Shown piece after piece: positions 46,621 through 56,237 of a DNA stretch of 64,000 bases (position 1 is the stretch's first letter; each line of letters begins with the position of its first letter). The translations under genes were made by a program, and so were the position numbers. Location: NCBI GenBank assembly GCA_029856105.1, contig JAHQWH010000210.1:6813-70812 (forward strand). Reading direction: 5' to 3'. The stretch is from Promethearchaeia archaeon. GTDB taxonomy: Archaea > Asgardarchaeota > Lokiarchaeia > Sigyniarchaeales > SOKP01. Under the pieces are notes generated by a model. The model searched no databases, was not told the origin of the DNA, and worked only from the letters and a program-made list of their open reading frames with translations.

Positions 46621-46704
46621 TAAAATACAATTTATATACTTTAAATTAAATTAAAAAAGAAATATTTAAAGTTAACAATTTTAAAATTCTAACTTAAGAT
46701 TGAG

Positions 46705-47706
46705 CTAAGAGTTAAAAAATTTTAGAGAAGCTGCGACTAAAACTATTTCGTTTTTCTTTTGAGTGTGGCCACCCTTTTTTAAAACTAATGTGTTTTCATC
46801 TGAAAGATCTAGCAGTTTAACATTTTCCTTGAAGTTCTTAAATTTTATAATTTTATCGTTTCTAGCATGAATAAGAAATATTCTCTTAGAATAATTACGC
46901 CATATATCTTCTGATAGTAAGCGTTTAGATTTCTCGATTACGATGTATGGAGATAATTCTTCATTTTCTTCTTTATTTGGGAACAATTTTACACCCCTTA
47001 ATAGATAGCTAAGCATTACTATAGGACTATATTTAGGTAAGTTTTGTTTGTAATAAGATATTGAAGAAATGGCAATTATTTTTTCAATATGAACATTTGA
47101 AAACCCTCCACATAGAACAGTTATAGCTCCGATGCTGTATCCAACGGAATAGATTTTTTTGTTCTTAAGCTGGTCATTATCCTTAACCCATTCTATTATT
47201 TTTCTATAATCATCTATTCTCTTTAAAAATTGACTCCTCCTTCCTACCTTTTTAGACTCTCCAATGCCACGTGCATCATACGCTAAGATTGTATATCCTT
47301 GGTAAGCTAACGGTAAATAATAGTATTGTAGAGTTTCTTTTGTGTCTGAAAAGCCATGGCAGACAACGACAATAGTATTTTTGGATTTAACAATTTCTTG
47401 ATCGTTTGAACGTATTAAACAAGCTACAATACACCTACTTTTTCCTTTTTTGTTTTTACCAACTTCGATTTTAATTTTAGAAATTATTAAACTCCCAAAT
47501 TTAATAGGAGCCCATCTATCGAAGTACAAATCCCTAAAGCTCCAGTATATTTCAAATGGAGTGTAAATGATTAAAAATGTTGTTGTTGATAATATCAAAC
47601 ACGGTTCAAAAGGATTACCCCACGAGGTATTTAGGTTCCAGATGTATGCACTAAAAATAATTCCAATAATGATTATAAATATACGTTTTTGATTCTTTGA
47701 GAGCAT
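46705..47706 (-). CDS. Membrane-anchored alpha/beta hydrolase
   Basis: Two N-terminal hydrophobic helices, HGF oxyanion region (VVCHGFSD), nucleophile elbow VGYSIGA, and a late GGH. Confidence 0.7.
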   Translation of the reverse strand: MLSKNQKRIFIIIIGIIFSAYIWNLNTSWGNPFEPCLILSTTTFLIIYTPFEIYWSFRDLYFDRWAPIKFGSLIISKIKIEVGKNKKGKSRCIVACLIRSNDQEIVKSKNTIVVVCHGFSDTKETLQYYYLPLAYQGYTILAYDARGIGESKKVGRRSQFLKRIDDYRKIIEWVKDNDQLKNKKIYSVGYSIGAITVLCGGFSNVHIEKIIAISSISYYKQNLPKYSPIVMLSYLLRGVKLFPNKEENEELSPYIVIEKSKRLLSEDIWRNYSKRIFLIHARNDKIIKFKNFKENVKLLDLSDENTLVLKKGGHTQKKNEIVLVAASLKFFNS

Positions 47707-47781
47707 TAATTATCCCTAATGTTAGTTTATGGGGCTGAATACGATAAGATTTGAATAAAAAAATAAAAGGAAATTGGTTTT

Positions 47782-48108
47782 TCATGGCTTATTGGGTTTT
47801 GGACAGCCGTGATCATGAGCAATTTTACAACCTGGTATGCTCTTTAAACCAGGACATGGATCGCATTTCACTTTTCTTAACATTTTTACAACATCGTCAA
47901 TTTCTAATCCGAATTCTTCTTCTTCTGTTTCGTCCGTTAACATATCATCTTTAATTTCACTTAGATCGTAATCAAGATCTTCTTCTAAATTATCTTGTTC
48001 CTCATATAAATCAAGAATTTCGTCTCCTTCATCATCCATTTTTCCTTCGGGAACATCTTCACTTTCGGTTTCTGTTGGTACTTTCTTTTTTTTAGCCATT
48101 GATTTCAC
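47782..48108 (-). CDS. Highly acidic protein with a C-terminal Cys/His knuckle
   Basis: 108 aa: basic start (KKKK), about 70 aa of D/E-rich sequence, then KCDPCPGLKSIPGCKIAHDHGCP. Confidence 0.5.
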   Translation of the reverse strand: MKSMAKKKKVPTETESEDVPEGKMDDEGDEILDLYEEQDNLEEDLDYDLSEIKDDMLTDETEEEEFGLEIDDVVKMLRKVKCDPCPGLKSIPGCKIAHDHGCPKPNKP

Positions 48109-48358
48109 GATTAATATTAGTTATTTTATTTAGTATTAATATAAAATAAATTAATTCAATAAAATTTAGATTTTATTATTTTATTTTCGAAAAGTGAAAA
48201 TCTAATTCAATTCTTAGTTAGTGATAAATCTTAATGCCAAATAATAAGTTCAAATATATTACATTAAAATTGGTACAGAATTGAATTTCTTAAAAAAAGA
48301 TACATTTAATAAAGCCAAGATATAATTTAATTTTAATTTAAACTATTTTAAAAAAAAA

Positions 48359-49777
48359 TTGGTGAATTATAAATTGGAAAATATTCAAGAAGCACCTAAA
48401 TTTTCTACGAAAATGCGATTGAATTGGGCGATGGCTAGTTTTGGAGGTGCATTGATTAGCGGGATATACGCTGCGCTCCTCCCAATTTTCTACATTGATT
48501 ATCTTGGATTAGTGGAAAATGCTGCTGTGATATACTGGGTACAAATTATTTATGTTTTAGTAAACGCATTCAATGATCCAATATTTGGGATAATGTCTGA
48601 TAGATCCAAAGCAAAAAAGGGAAGAAGAATACCTTTTATGAGATATACTGCGCCTTTTTTAGCGCTAACATTTATCCTCATATGGTTTTCTCCGGATTCA
48701 AGCTCTGGAGAGTGGATAGTATTCTTGTGGATGGTCATTACTACTTGCCTTTATGATACAGCCTACACAATCATTTTTTTGGTTTATTCTGCATTATTAC
48801 CTGAAGTAACTGAAAACGAACAAGAAAGAACTGGCCTTCAAGTGTATGCTTCGTTCTTGTCATTGATTGGTATGGTTTTGGGATTTATAATACCTGATAT
48901 GTTTAGAAATCAATCTCGCTTTCTCTTGTTAATGTCAATGATAGGCGTTGGAATTGTGGGTGCGGCGTTAATAATGTATACGACGTATAAGTTTAAAGAG
49001 AGACCAGAATTTACAAAAGTCGATAAACCATTAGGTTTCTTTGACGCGTTAAAGTTCACATTCAAAAACCGTTCCTTTTTGAGCCTAGTTGCTGCTAATT
49101 TTATGGGAATCTTGATTCAATCGTTAATCCTTGGTTCGCTCTTCTATTTAGCAGATTACATCCTGCAAGAATCTACACTTACCTTATTAATATTCGTATT
49201 TTTACCCTTGATTATAGGTATATGGATCACGCCAAAATTAATTAAAAAGTGGGGTGTAGTTCGAAGCGACCAAATTCTTTTACTAATTGGTGGTACGGGG
49301 TTAATCCTATTGTTTTTTATTATAGGTTTAGAGAGCAATATAATGATATACATTTTTCTAGCAATAGCCGGTTTTGGATTTGTTGGTCCATTAATCTTTA
49401 CAAATGTTATGTTTGCTCAAGTAGCAGACGAAGACGAATTGAAAACTGGAGTTAGACGAGAAGCAGCGTTCTTTGGGATAAACGCTTTATTAACAAAACC
49501 AGCTCAAAGCCTTGCTATTGTAATTCCTACAATGCTCTTAGATCTCTCGAACTTTATTCCACATGCCTTAGGGCAGCCTCCAGTCCTTCCACAACCCGCT
49601 GAAGCGATATTTGCAATTAGACTTTTTATTAGTCTCATTCCAGGGATTGCTCTTATTTTAGCAGCCTTTATCTTGCAATTATATCCAATCAAAGGAAACT
49701 ACTGGGATAAAATACAAAAGGATATTTTGATTTTGCACGATCAAAAGCATAAAAAATTGAAGGAATTAGAAAGGTAA
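48359..49777 (+). CDS. MFS transporter, glycoside-pentoside-hexuronide (GPH):cation symporter-like
   Basis: NAFNDPIFGIMSDRSKAKKGRRIPFM motif and about 12 hydrophobic helices. TTG start in the ORF track. Confidence 0.8.
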   Translation: MVNYKLENIQEAPKFSTKMRLNWAMASFGGALISGIYAALLPIFYIDYLGLVENAAVIYWVQIIYVLVNAFNDPIFGIMSDRSKAKKGRRIPFMRYTAPFLALTFILIWFSPDSSSGEWIVFLWMVITTCLYDTAYTIIFLVYSALLPEVTENEQERTGLQVYASFLSLIGMVLGFIIPDMFRNQSRFLLLMSMIGVGIVGAALIMYTTYKFKERPEFTKVDKPLGFFDALKFTFKNRSFLSLVAANFMGILIQSLILGSLFYLADYILQESTLTLLIFVFLPLIIGIWITPKLIKKWGVVRSDQILLLIGGTGLILLFFIIGLESNIMIYIFLAIAGFGFVGPLIFTNVMFAQVADEDELKTGVRREAAFFGINALLTKPAQSLAIVIPTMLLDLSNFIPHALGQPPVLPQPAEAIFAIRLFISLIPGIALILAAFILQLYPIKGNYWDKIQKDILILHDQKHKKLKELER

Positions 49778-49791
49778 AGTTCCATCTTTAA

Positions 49792-49803
49792 TTTTTTTTT
49801 TTT
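49792..49803 (+). terminator. Oligo-T tract (T12) downstream of the MFS gene; candidate archaeal intrinsic terminator
   Basis: An uninterrupted run of 12 T begins 15 nt after the stop codon. Archaeal RNAP is known to terminate at oligo-T tracts. Confidence 0.35.
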
Positions 49804-49879
49804 CTTAATTATTACTATATTTTAATATTCTTATCTCTATTTCTTATAAAAATTAAAAGAGGTATATATCTATTAAAAA

Positions 49880-51913
49880 TTAGAATTTATACACCAAACC
49901 TTTGTTTATTTGATCCACCAATTTGGAATTACCATATAAAAAATTAAATGAATTATTAATTTGATTTAGGTTTTCATTCACTTCTCCCTTTAAATAAGTA
50001 AGGTATTTTGGTAGAGCAAAACGACGTTTAAAATTTTTAATTTTTATATTTGGTACCGAATTATGAGAATTTAATAATTTACTTAATTCATCGTAAGGCT
50101 CGAATTGTAAATATAGTTGAGCAACTAAAGAATTTGTTAGGTTTTGATAAAAATTTAAGAGTTTTTCGATTTCTAATAATTGAATTTCATCGTTTGGTTC
50201 TTGGAGAAGTTCAAATCTTAATTGCGATAAAAATTGATTTATTTTGCCTAAATAAGAAAGCGACGTGGGAAAAAGTTCTGGCATGGGCAGTTTTTTTATA
50301 AAACTTCCATTAAACCTTAAATAACCTCCAGACATGTGAAGAGTTCCGTATAATGCTTTAAATACTGAATTAATAATATCTGAATTCATTATCGAAAGTA
50401 AACAAAAATAGTCGTTTGTTTTAAATGAAGGTACCCTTAAAAAATAAAGCCCCGTTAAATTAACGTAAATACCCGGATCGTACACACAAGTAATATCCTT
50501 AGCAATTTCTCTAAAAATTATTTTTTCACTATTAAGGTTATCCCAAACTTCTTTTTTCTCTGATGGAAAGCTAAAATATGATACTTCGTGATTTACTTTT
50601 GCGATTTTTATGCGTTTTTTGAAATCAATATAATATTTACCAACATTTCCGGTTCCTATCAATATTAAATCTTTATTAGAAGTCTTATTTTTACTAATAT
50701 TTTTGAAGTTTTCCGCCCATTTAATGAAACCGAAAGGACGATATGTAATTTTTAAACCCTTTATAACTTGTATCATTGGTTTGAAATAAGTATACAAGAA
50801 GTTAACTAAGTTTATATCAGGAGATATTGGTATTACAGATGATGGGAGGTTTTTTATTGAATCTTGGGGTAATTCAGTTATTTTTTCATTTTGCAAATGC
50901 TTAAAATCTTTCATGCTCTCAAATTTTTTTATTAGAATCGTATTTCCTGTGTTAGTTCTTTTTTTAAAAGAAATAATTATTGGATAAGCAGCAGTTTTTT
51001 GAAATATCAGTAATGAGGATACATTAATAATTTCCTTAAGCTCTGTATCTCGCAATAACATCTCCCTAATTTTCAGACCATAATCGGCTGATAAAAATTT
51101 ATTGGTAGTTAAAAAAGATAGGCATCCAACTCCTTTTTTCAATAATTCTATCGATTTTTCAATAAAAACAACACTAAGATCAAACAATCTATAAGCAGAT
51201 TCAAATTTTTTTTTGATTTTTTTTTTGAAATCTACATCTAATATCTTCTTATTTTCGACGTAAGGAGGATTTCCGATTATGAGGTCAATATCAGTTGAAT
51301 CAAATTTAAGAAGGTAATCTAAATTAAATATATTAAAGTTCAGATCGATTTTATCGATATAATTTTCAATTTCGTCTAAATTTGAATTGATACGAACTAA
51401 ATCGTCTAAAAATGGGGACTTTACATCCGAATAAAGCCATAATATCAGTCTTAGTTTTGAAATCAAGTATGCTGACTTATCAATTTCGATTCCGTATAAA
51501 TTGTTTTGAATTATTTTTTTCTTAATATCGTAATCAGGACACCCTAACTCAAATATCTTATTGATATTAAAAAGAACTTCGGCGATGGCGATCAAAAATC
51601 TTCCCGTGCCACAAGCGGGGTCTAGAATTTTAATATTTCTTATTTTTGCTTCAAATCTATCTTTAAGACTTTCATTTTTTGCGAGTAATTGTTTTAGACT
51701 GGCGTAATCACAGTTTGTTTGAAAAACTTTTCTTAGCTCTAAAAAATCGTCAAAAAAGATCCTAAAAATGTTTAATACCATAAAGTCCGCAATTGGTTGA
51801 GGAGTATAAACTACTCCACGATCTCGATTATTCTTCTTTTCAGTAACTATCTCATTTTCGAATTTGCTAATTATGTTTTCCAAAATTTGTATCTTGTTTT
51901 TAGATGACTGCAT
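49880..51913 (-). CDS. N6-adenine DNA methyltransferase (gamma class, Eco57I/TaqI-like) with a large C-terminal target-recognition region
   Basis: GVVYTPQPIADFM, motif I ILDPACGTGRFL, and motif IV IGNPPYV. Only about 35 aa precede the MTase core, so there is no nuclease domain. 677 aa. Confidence 0.85.
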   Translation of the reverse strand: MQSSKNKIQILENIISKFENEIVTEKKNNRDRGVVYTPQPIADFMVLNIFRIFFDDFLELRKVFQTNCDYASLKQLLAKNESLKDRFEAKIRNIKILDPACGTGRFLIAIAEVLFNINKIFELGCPDYDIKKKIIQNNLYGIEIDKSAYLISKLRLILWLYSDVKSPFLDDLVRINSNLDEIENYIDKIDLNFNIFNLDYLLKFDSTDIDLIIGNPPYVENKKILDVDFKKKIKKKFESAYRLFDLSVVFIEKSIELLKKGVGCLSFLTTNKFLSADYGLKIREMLLRDTELKEIINVSSLLIFQKTAAYPIIISFKKRTNTGNTILIKKFESMKDFKHLQNEKITELPQDSIKNLPSSVIPISPDINLVNFLYTYFKPMIQVIKGLKITYRPFGFIKWAENFKNISKNKTSNKDLILIGTGNVGKYYIDFKKRIKIAKVNHEVSYFSFPSEKKEVWDNLNSEKIIFREIAKDITCVYDPGIYVNLTGLYFLRVPSFKTNDYFCLLSIMNSDIINSVFKALYGTLHMSGGYLRFNGSFIKKLPMPELFPTSLSYLGKINQFLSQLRFELLQEPNDEIQLLEIEKLLNFYQNLTNSLVAQLYLQFEPYDELSKLLNSHNSVPNIKIKNFKRRFALPKYLTYLKGEVNENLNQINNSFNFLYGNSKLVDQINKGLVYKF

Positions 51914-52078
51914 TTTCGTGGAATCCTAACAAAAAAAATCGTTTCTTTGAGATTTTTTATTAACACTAATTCTAATAATCAAATCCTTTATTTATAAGAA
52001 TGCAAGATATTAATTTAAAAGTTAAAGTACAATTAATAGAGATAAATTAAAAATTATACTTGCAAATAAGATTAAAAA

Positions 52079-52981
52079 ATGATAGACAAACCGTTTTTAA
52101 ATAATCTTATAAAGGAACCATATAAAATCTCTAAACTAGAGTTCAAATATATCTCAGAGATTTTACGAAAAGCAGAAGAGATTTTTAAAGAAGAAAACTT
52201 GTTATTAGAGTTTAATCTCGATGATTCCAAAAACGAAGTATGGGTTATTGGAGATATTCATGGAAATTTAGAATCTTTACAGAGATTGATTGAAATAATA
52301 AATGTAAAAAAACCTGAGTTTGTAATTTTTCTAGGTGATATTGTTGATCGGGGTGCAAATCAGTTAGAATGTTTAATTTTGGTTCTTGCGTTAAAAATTA
52401 GATATCCAAATAGATACTATCTATTAAAAGGGAATCACGAAACTTTAGAAATTAACAAAGCTTATGGATTCTTCCAAGAATTTAAATATAGATTTAAAGA
52501 TCAAAAAAAATTTGACGAAGTTTTAGCCGTATACAATGTACTTCCCTTTTGTGCTTTAGTAAATAAAGGCATATTATGTCTACATGGCGGGATTCCCGAA
52601 GATATCGCGATTTTAAGGAAGTTGAGTGGATTAAAAACAAGAGATATTGTTTCAGTATCCAAAACAATAGCAGAAAGTCTAGTACAAATTATGTGGAATG
52701 ACCCTAAATCCGATTTAAAAGGATTCTCAGAAAGTTTTAGAGGTCCTGGAACAAAGTTTTTTGGAGAAGATGTTTTTAATGATTTTATGAAAGAGTATAA
52801 TTTAAAATATTTAATTAGAGCGCACGAAGTATTCCTTGAAGGTTATAAATGGTTTTTCAACAAGCGGTTGTTATCTATATTTTCTTCTGCTAATTATAGA
52901 GGTAAGTCATCACCAAATCCAGCGTCCTACGCCGTTATAAAAAATAATTTGGTAAAACCAAAATTAATCAAAAAATTATAA
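52079..52981 (+). CDS. PPP-family serine/threonine protein phosphatase
   Basis: GDIHGN, GDIVDRG, GNHE, LHGG, WNDP and IRAHE motifs in canonical order. Confidence 0.9.
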   Translation: MIDKPFLNNLIKEPYKISKLEFKYISEILRKAEEIFKEENLLLEFNLDDSKNEVWVIGDIHGNLESLQRLIEIINVKKPEFVIFLGDIVDRGANQLECLILVLALKIRYPNRYYLLKGNHETLEINKAYGFFQEFKYRFKDQKKFDEVLAVYNVLPFCALVNKGILCLHGGIPEDIAILRKLSGLKTRDIVSVSKTIAESLVQIMWNDPKSDLKGFSESFRGPGTKFFGEDVFNDFMKEYNLKYLIRAHEVFLEGYKWFFNKRLLSIFSSANYRGKSSPNPASYAVIKNNLVKPKLIKKL

Positions 52982-53419
52982 CACCAATTCGGGAAATTTT
53001 TCAACAATCTCGGGATATTTTTTAATTTCTTCCTTCCATCGATCGATTTTATCTAATTCCAGAGATAATTTTTGTGAAGCTATTGTCTTTTTTGTAGGTA
53101 TATAGATATAAGCAGACAATAATCTATTATTTTTTAAATAAACTTCGGCGATTATTCGTTCAAATAAATCATCAAAAACTCCTTCGATTGAATCTAAAAA
53201 TTCTAATTCTTGTTGGTTCACATCAAATTTTAAAGTCCAAAAGGAATTCTTTGAACGTAAAGCATAAGGAAACCAACTATTTTTAGGAAAAACTCTTGTA
53301 AAATTTTTTACAAGACATACTTCAACATTGAGTTTATCCTTCCACAGATTCCGAGTTATGAAGGTTCCATAACCAATAATTGATACGAGATTTGAATCTG
53401 AGCTTTTTTTATCAATCAA
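52976..53419 (-). CDS. Hypothetical protein, possibly gamma-glutamylcyclotransferase (AIG2/GGCT)-like
   Basis: IIGYGTF near the N-terminus and LDSIEGVFDDLFERI...V.L resemble the YGSL / LDxxEG..Y.R pattern. Weak assignment. Confidence 0.35.
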   Translation of the reverse strand: MIDKKSSDSNLVSIIGYGTFITRNLWKDKLNVEVCLVKNFTRVFPKNSWFPYALRSKNSFWTLKFDVNQQELEFLDSIEGVFDDLFERIIAEVYLKNNRLLSAYIYIPTKKTIASQKLSLELDKIDRWKEEIKKYPEIVEKFPELVL

Positions 53420-53500
53420 TTTAAGCTCTCAATTTATATAACTTAAGAATTAAAAATTGAGCATTTGAAACAAGGGAATTAGATGAAATGCTTCCTATTT

Positions 53501-53758
53501 TTATATTTTTAATTGATTTGCGTCCGGTTTTATGAAAAGCAAATTATTACCGCGAATAAATATCTCGTTGTACTTAGCCACAGGGCTACCTTCCATGATT
53601 TCTGTCGCATTTTCTAGAATCATGTTCATGTATGCATCAATTTCTTTTAAGTTCCCCTTATATTCAGTGCCATCTTTTAGTCTGAGCAATATCTCACTGT
53701 TCTGGGCATTTTGAAGTATTGTTAAAGGGTTCTTATTTCTGATATTCTGATTTGACAT
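53501..53758 (-). CDS. Sm-like archaeal protein (LSm/SmAP)
   Basis: Sm1 (ILLRLKDGTEYKGNLKEIDAYMNMILENA) and Sm2 (IFIRGNNLLFI) motifs. Confidence 0.9.
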   Translation of the reverse strand: MSNQNIRNKNPLTILQNAQNSEILLRLKDGTEYKGNLKEIDAYMNMILENATEIMEGSPVAKYNEIFIRGNNLLFIKPDANQLKI

Positions 53759-53866
53759 ATTTTAACCTTTATAAAAACATTTATAATATAATTATTGAAA
53801 AGATAATTTAAAGAAAAACTTTTTTGAATTAAAACCTTTTTATCGGATATTAATTATTCTTATATT

Positions 53867-54508
53867 TTGATCTGTTTGGTAATTTTCTTGAAACCTTTAA
53901 ATAAAGATTTAGATAAGAAAAAAAATATTATTGAGAAATATAATTCAACCTCAAGCTTCTACGATAATAGATATAGCAAAATACAAAAAGAAAAGTATAA
54001 AATTCTTTTTAGAAATTGTAATTTAAATTATAAAACCATTCTAGATGCTGGTTGTGGTACAGGCCTATTAATTGAATATGTTTTTAACATAAATATCGAT
54101 AATATAAAGAAGAAGGTCAAATATGTTGGAATAGATATCTCTTGGAAAATGCTAATGAACTTTTGTGACAAATCTAAAAAAATAAAAGATAGTGAAGATA
54201 TAAATCTAATTTTAGGAGATATCGAAAACTTACCGCTAAGACAAGAAAGTTTTAATGTAATTTTTTCAATCACATCGCTCCAAAATTTACCGGTCATAAA
54301 GAAAGGTTTGGGTGAATTTATTCGAGTTGGTCAAAAGGATTCGCTTTTGAAATTATCAATCTTACGAAAACAATTGAAAGTAGATGATTTAATAGCATAT
54401 TTAAAAACAAATACCCTAAACCTTAAGACTGAGTTTTTAGAAAATATAGAAGATGTGATTATTCAAGGAAGTCTAAATAAAAAAAATATTATTGAGGAAA
54501 ACATTTGA
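53867..54508 (+). CDS. Class I SAM-dependent methyltransferase
   Basis: Motif I ILDAGCGTGLL, VGIDIS and LGDIENLP. TTG start, so the exact start is uncertain. Confidence 0.7.
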   Translation: MICLVIFLKPLNKDLDKKKNIIEKYNSTSSFYDNRYSKIQKEKYKILFRNCNLNYKTILDAGCGTGLLIEYVFNINIDNIKKKVKYVGIDISWKMLMNFCDKSKKIKDSEDINLILGDIENLPLRQESFNVIFSITSLQNLPVIKKGLGEFIRVGQKDSLLKLSILRKQLKVDDLIAYLKTNTLNLKTEFLENIEDVIIQGSLNKKNIIEENI

Positions 54509-54519
54509 AAGCTTTTCCG

Positions 54520-55134
54520 TTACGTTTTAAGGTAATACTTTAAAGAAAAAGCTACTAAATTTGAAAGATATTCAACAAATTTATCATCTGTATCAAATAA
54601 TTCCATTACAGATAAATGATGATATAAAATCGCATTAACAAGATTATACAAAAAGATAAATACATCAACTAATCTTTTCTCGGATATTTGTTTAAAATTT
54701 TCATTTGTATTCCTTAATTTCTGCACTTTATCTTTAAAAATATTGAAAATCTTCTCTTTGTGTGCATCATGTAATATTTTATCAGATTGTATAGCAGACC
54801 TAAAAGCTAGATTATATCCTTTATTTTCTTCGTGATTCTTAAATAAATCTAAAATAAAATGATTGAGAAAATCTCTTATATTTTCCTCATTCATGATACT
54901 TAAATTCTGACTATCCAAAAAAGTTTCCATCGATTCACCAAAATATTTTCTTATAATATCTTCTTTCCCTTTCGGAAAATATTTATAAATCGTACCAATA
55001 CTAATCTTAGCCGATTTTGCAACATGATTTGTGCTTGTTTTGTGATATCCTTGTTTTAAAATTAGTTTAAAAAATGTATCATAAATCTTGTTAATTTTTT
55101 CTTGTTTATTTCGTGAAAATTTTTTGCTTGACAT
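54520..55134 (-). CDS. TetR/AcrR family transcriptional regulator
   Basis: HTH TSTNHVAKSAKISIGTIYKYFPKGKEDI. The ATG at 55134 (MSSKKF...) is preferred over the upstream extension. Confidence 0.8.
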   Translation of the reverse strand: MSSKKFSRNKQEKINKIYDTFFKLILKQGYHKTSTNHVAKSAKISIGTIYKYFPKGKEDIIRKYFGESMETFLDSQNLSIMNEENIRDFLNHFILDLFKNHEENKGYNLAFRSAIQSDKILHDAHKEKIFNIFKDKVQKLRNTNENFKQISEKRLVDVFIFLYNLVNAILYHHLSVMELFDTDDKFVEYLSNLVAFSLKYYLKT

Positions 55135-55223
55135 TATAATAATATTAAATGAGTAATTACTCATAAATTTTATAAGTGAGTAAATACTCACTTATTTAAA
55201 AATTAAATGGTTATGACAAATAA

Positions 55224-56102
55224 ATGATTCAAGAAGAAATAATTAAATTTTACAAACCTGCTAATCAAAACGATATAGATGTTGTGGAAGATCTCATATA
55301 TCCAGTATTTTCTAAGAAAAACAAAAAAAACAAGCACTATTGGAATGAGATCCAGTCATTATTTTTATCTGCCATGAAAAATGCTAATCTAAATTTTCTT
55401 AAAAGATATATTTTTTGGTTATATGTAAACAGAACCATAACTAAAGGTCTGAAAAAAGGAATACCTCTTATTAAGGTTGAAGAAACATTGCGAAAGTTTC
55501 TCAGAAAACGCGTCGATAATGAAAAAGATCGAAAGGCTTATGCATTCGAATGTGCTAAAAGGAGTTTTGAATTAGTAGAAGACTACATCGTAGGAGAGAA
55601 GATACTTGATCTTGGTGCGGGAAATGGTCTTTTAGCGTTAGAAATAAAAAAACAACTTAAGAAAGAAGTCGTACTGGTTGATATTGTAGATTATAATTAT
55701 ACAGACTTACCATTAATCTTATATAATCCAGAGGAACAGATACCTTTAGCAGATGGGGAAGTAGATACTACTATTTTATATACCGTGTTGCATCATGCGA
55801 GTGACCCCGAACATCTATTGAAGGAAGCAACGAGAATAACCAAAAAACGCTTAGTAATTATAGAAGCCTATATTGAGGAAGATGATATATGTATGACTAA
55901 TAGTTTTTTTGATTGGTTTTACAATCGAGTAATTGGAGACGAAGATATCAATGTACCTCTTAATTTTCTTAAGCTGGAAGGATGGAAAAAAATTCTGAAA
56001 TTATATGGATTTAATGTAATTGAAAATAAATATGTTGGAATTAGTGAACCCCTTGTTCCAGAACATCAGGTATTAATTATCGCGGACCATAATTATAGTT
56101 AA
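55224..56102 (+). CDS. SAM-dependent methyltransferase with an N-terminal extension
   Basis: Motif I ILDLGAGNGLLAL and LVDIVD. Divergent from the TetR gene, with only about 90 bp between the starts. Confidence 0.7.
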   Translation: MIQEEIIKFYKPANQNDIDVVEDLIYPVFSKKNKKNKHYWNEIQSLFLSAMKNANLNFLKRYIFWLYVNRTITKGLKKGIPLIKVEETLRKFLRKRVDNEKDRKAYAFECAKRSFELVEDYIVGEKILDLGAGNGLLALEIKKQLKKEVVLVDIVDYNYTDLPLILYNPEEQIPLADGEVDTTILYTVLHHASDPEHLLKEATRITKKRLVIIEAYIEEDDICMTNSFFDWFYNRVIGDEDINVPLNFLKLEGWKKILKLYGFNVIENKYVGISEPLVPEHQVLIIADHNYS

Positions 56103-56237
56103 TTTATAATGTCAGATTATAAAATTCAATTTGACTATTGTCTATATTTAATGATCAAAACATTTAGTTACAGGTCAACAGAGAGGATGTCCAGACGAAT
56201 CCAGAATAGTAAATATAAATAAGCATTAATTCCAAAT

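Noticed and set aside
47751-47954. 67-aa plus-strand ORF opposite the acidic protein gene.
   Set aside because: It mirrors the D/E-rich coding region (giving L/F/R-rich sequence). The minus-strand ORF is longer and ends in an ordered Cys/His motif.
49880-53419. Reading the DNA methyltransferase, PPP phosphatase and GGCT-like ORF as a novel defence system.
   Set aside because: No nuclease, helicase, ATPase or toxin-like partner is present. The genes are in mixed orientation with their own intergenic regions, and the phosphatase has a complete housekeeping PPP motif set. Co-function is not supported by the sequence alone.
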